Under the pieces are notes generated by a model. The model had not been told where the DNA came from. It did no database searches and saw nothing but the letters and a program-made list of their open reading frames with translations. Positions 51,975-53,257 of a DNA stretch of 53,257 nt are shown here, in pieces. The stretch is from an uncultured Acidobacteriota bacterium (lineage in GTDB: Bacteria > Acidobacteriota > HRBIN11 > JAKEFK01). A program made the translations under genes and the position numbers. Location: positions 1-53,257 of the forward strand of contig CAZDDB010000001.1 in NCBI GenBank assembly GCA_964504105.1, written 5' to 3'. Within the stretch, counting starts at the first letter, position 1; each line of letters starts with the position of its first letter.

Positions 51975-53257
51975 AAAGAATCGCATTCTTCGAACCCATA
52001 AATCTTACCCCAGCGGGAGTCCCGGATTACGACGACGAATTGTTACCACTCCTGAAACGCGATCATGATATCGATGTATTCGTTGAAAGAGGAAAGGCGC
52101 TGGATTATATCTTTCCTCACAACGATTTCTATTTTCGGCACAGGAGTAAACCATACGATTTAATGCTGTACCAGATCGGAAACTCACTGGCGTACGAATA
52201 CATCTACGGTTATCTGTTTCAATATCCGGGCGCCGTTGTCTTCCGCGACTGTCTGCACAATTCCCGTGCAAGGATGCTTCTTCAAAGGGGACTGGTCCGC
52301 GAATATATCGAAGAAGTACAGTTTGCTCATACAGGGATGCCCAATTTGCATTGGGTCGCTGCGAAAGGACTGTTAACACAAGCGTTGCTTTATCACTTTC
52401 CTCTGGTGCGGCTGCCGTTGAGAGCTGCCCTTGCTGCCGGAGCTTACAGCGACTTCATGGTAAAAGAATTGAGCACAACGGAAACGCCGGTCACCAAAGT
52501 TCCGATTGGCATACGCATCAATCACCCGGATGAAGGGATGCAGGAAGAGATCAAGGAACTGTACCCGGGAATGTTGGTGATCGGCTCATTTGGTCAGGTC
52601 ACTCCCGAAAAGCGGCTTGACACCGTTTTCAAGGCGCTGGTGGAGTTACGCAAATCCCACTCAAACCTTCGGTGCGTCATCACCGGGAATCTGGTCGATC
52701 ACTATAACATCCGCGCGGAAATCGCACACTTCAAGGTGGAGGACCTGGTCCAGGTGATTGGCCGGGTCGATCACCGGACATTTCACCTCCTGATGGCCCG
52801 CTCGGATATTGTTGTGAATCTGCGGTATCCTTCAGCACGAGAGACTTCGAATACCATGCTGAAGGCAATGGCTCTGGCAAAACCAGTCTTGATCAGCCGT
52901 CTGCAGCACTTACACGAAATTCCGCAAGATGCCGTGGTTGCAATTCGTCCTGATCGCGAACAAGAGGATTGCTTGCATTTTCTCTCTCAGCTCATCGAGA
53001 ATGAAACGCTGCGCCGCCAGTATGGAAACAGCGCGCGGAGTTATGTCCGGAAACACCATCGCCCCGAACAGATGGTTAAAAAATACAATGAACTCATCGA
53101 GCTTGCTCTGCGACGAAAGGAAAGCTATCGAACCCCCGAATTCCCGCTCCATCTTCAGAACAGCCGGCAGATCATGCAAGAGTACATTCAACGAACATCT
53201 TTTGCCGGGAGAGACTCTAATCTATTAGATCTCGCTCTGGATTGGACGGATTCGTTC
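51971..53257 (+). CDS. glycosyltransferase (GT-B fold, family 4-like), 3' end beyond the window
   Basis: Not in the ORF track because no stop is reached. I translated 429 codons from ATG 51971 (ATGA overlap) to the window end and found no stop. Pattern ..RETSNTMLKAMALAKPVLIS.. is the GT1/GT4 E-x7-E-type region. Confidence 0.7.
   Translation, partial: MKRIAFFEPINLTPAGVPDYDDELLPLLKRDHDIDVFVERGKALDYIFPHNDFYFRHRSKPYDLMLYQIGNSLAYEYIYGYLFQYPGAVVFRDCLHNSRARMLLQRGLVREYIEEVQFAHTGMPNLHWVAAKGLLTQALLYHFPLVRLPLRAALAAGAYSDFMVKELSTTETPVTKVPIGIRINHPDEGMQEEIKELYPGMLVIGSFGQVTPEKRLDTVFKALVELRKSHSNLRCVITGNLVDHYNIRAEIAHFKVEDLVQVIGRVDHRTFHLLMARSDIVVNLRYPSARETSNTMLKAMALAKPVLISRLQHLHEIPQDAVVAIRPDREQEDCLHFLSQLIENETLRRQYGNSARSYVRKHHRPEQMVKKYNELIELALRRKESYRTPEFPLHLQNSRQIMQEYIQRTSFAGRDSNLLDLALDWTDSF

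Noticed and set aside
1-53257. tRNA, rRNA, tmRNA, integrase, transposase, toxin-antitoxin or known anti-phage defence genes
   Set aside because: The intergenic regions are short, and none folds by eye into a cloverleaf or resembles rRNA. No ORF shows integrase, transposase or known defence-system signatures.

Overview
53.3-kb chromosomal segment from a moderately GC-rich bacterium. Gene content and the heptamer-type REP hairpins are reminiscent of Acidobacteriota-like genomes, but I cannot verify that here. I count about 48 protein-coding genes. I found no rRNA, tRNA or CRISPR array, and no recognisable integrase, transposase or phage gene. Left third: housekeeping and envelope genes (LOG-family, SPOR, a degenerate GspE-like protein, lnt, an M1 aminopeptidase, an ornithine-cyclodeaminase/threonine-dehydratase-like pair). 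A ~5-kb insertion follows, bounded by a diverged duplicate of the last 84 nt of the dehydratase-like gene. It carries a Ser/Thr-kinase-TPR gene, a secreted hypothetical protein and a MITE-like element. Middle: a molybdoenzyme cluster (bis-MGD-type oxidoreductase; xanthine-dehydrogenase-family S/L/M subunits whose FAD subunit has an HcrB-like extra Cys loop; MocA; XdhC), then a bifunctional-nuclease gene, parAB and lpxH. The most unusual region is about 26.1-38.1 kb. It holds two STAS proteins, a GAFx3-TM-HlyD fusion, an RRE-like-M50 protease-HlyD fusion, and a sigma-54-driven small protein with five AAKRANPKR repeats. It also holds an operon HlyD / FHA-GAF-PP2C / sensorless histidine kinase / sigma-54 response regulator, and a divergent cNMP-binding-FHA gene fused transcriptionally to uvrA. 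I propose this as a candidate undescribed envelope-spanning sensing and proteolysis system with a sigma-54 output. Right third: FHA-zinc-ribbon-RDD, a TPR-like protein, a PrcB-like protein, TusA plus a cysteine-desulfurase homologue lacking the PLP lysine, HU, an internally duplicated membrane protein, a sulfatase-like enzyme, and a methyltransferase/glycosyltransferase cluster running off the window. All calls come from reading the supplied translations and DNA by eye. No database search was run.
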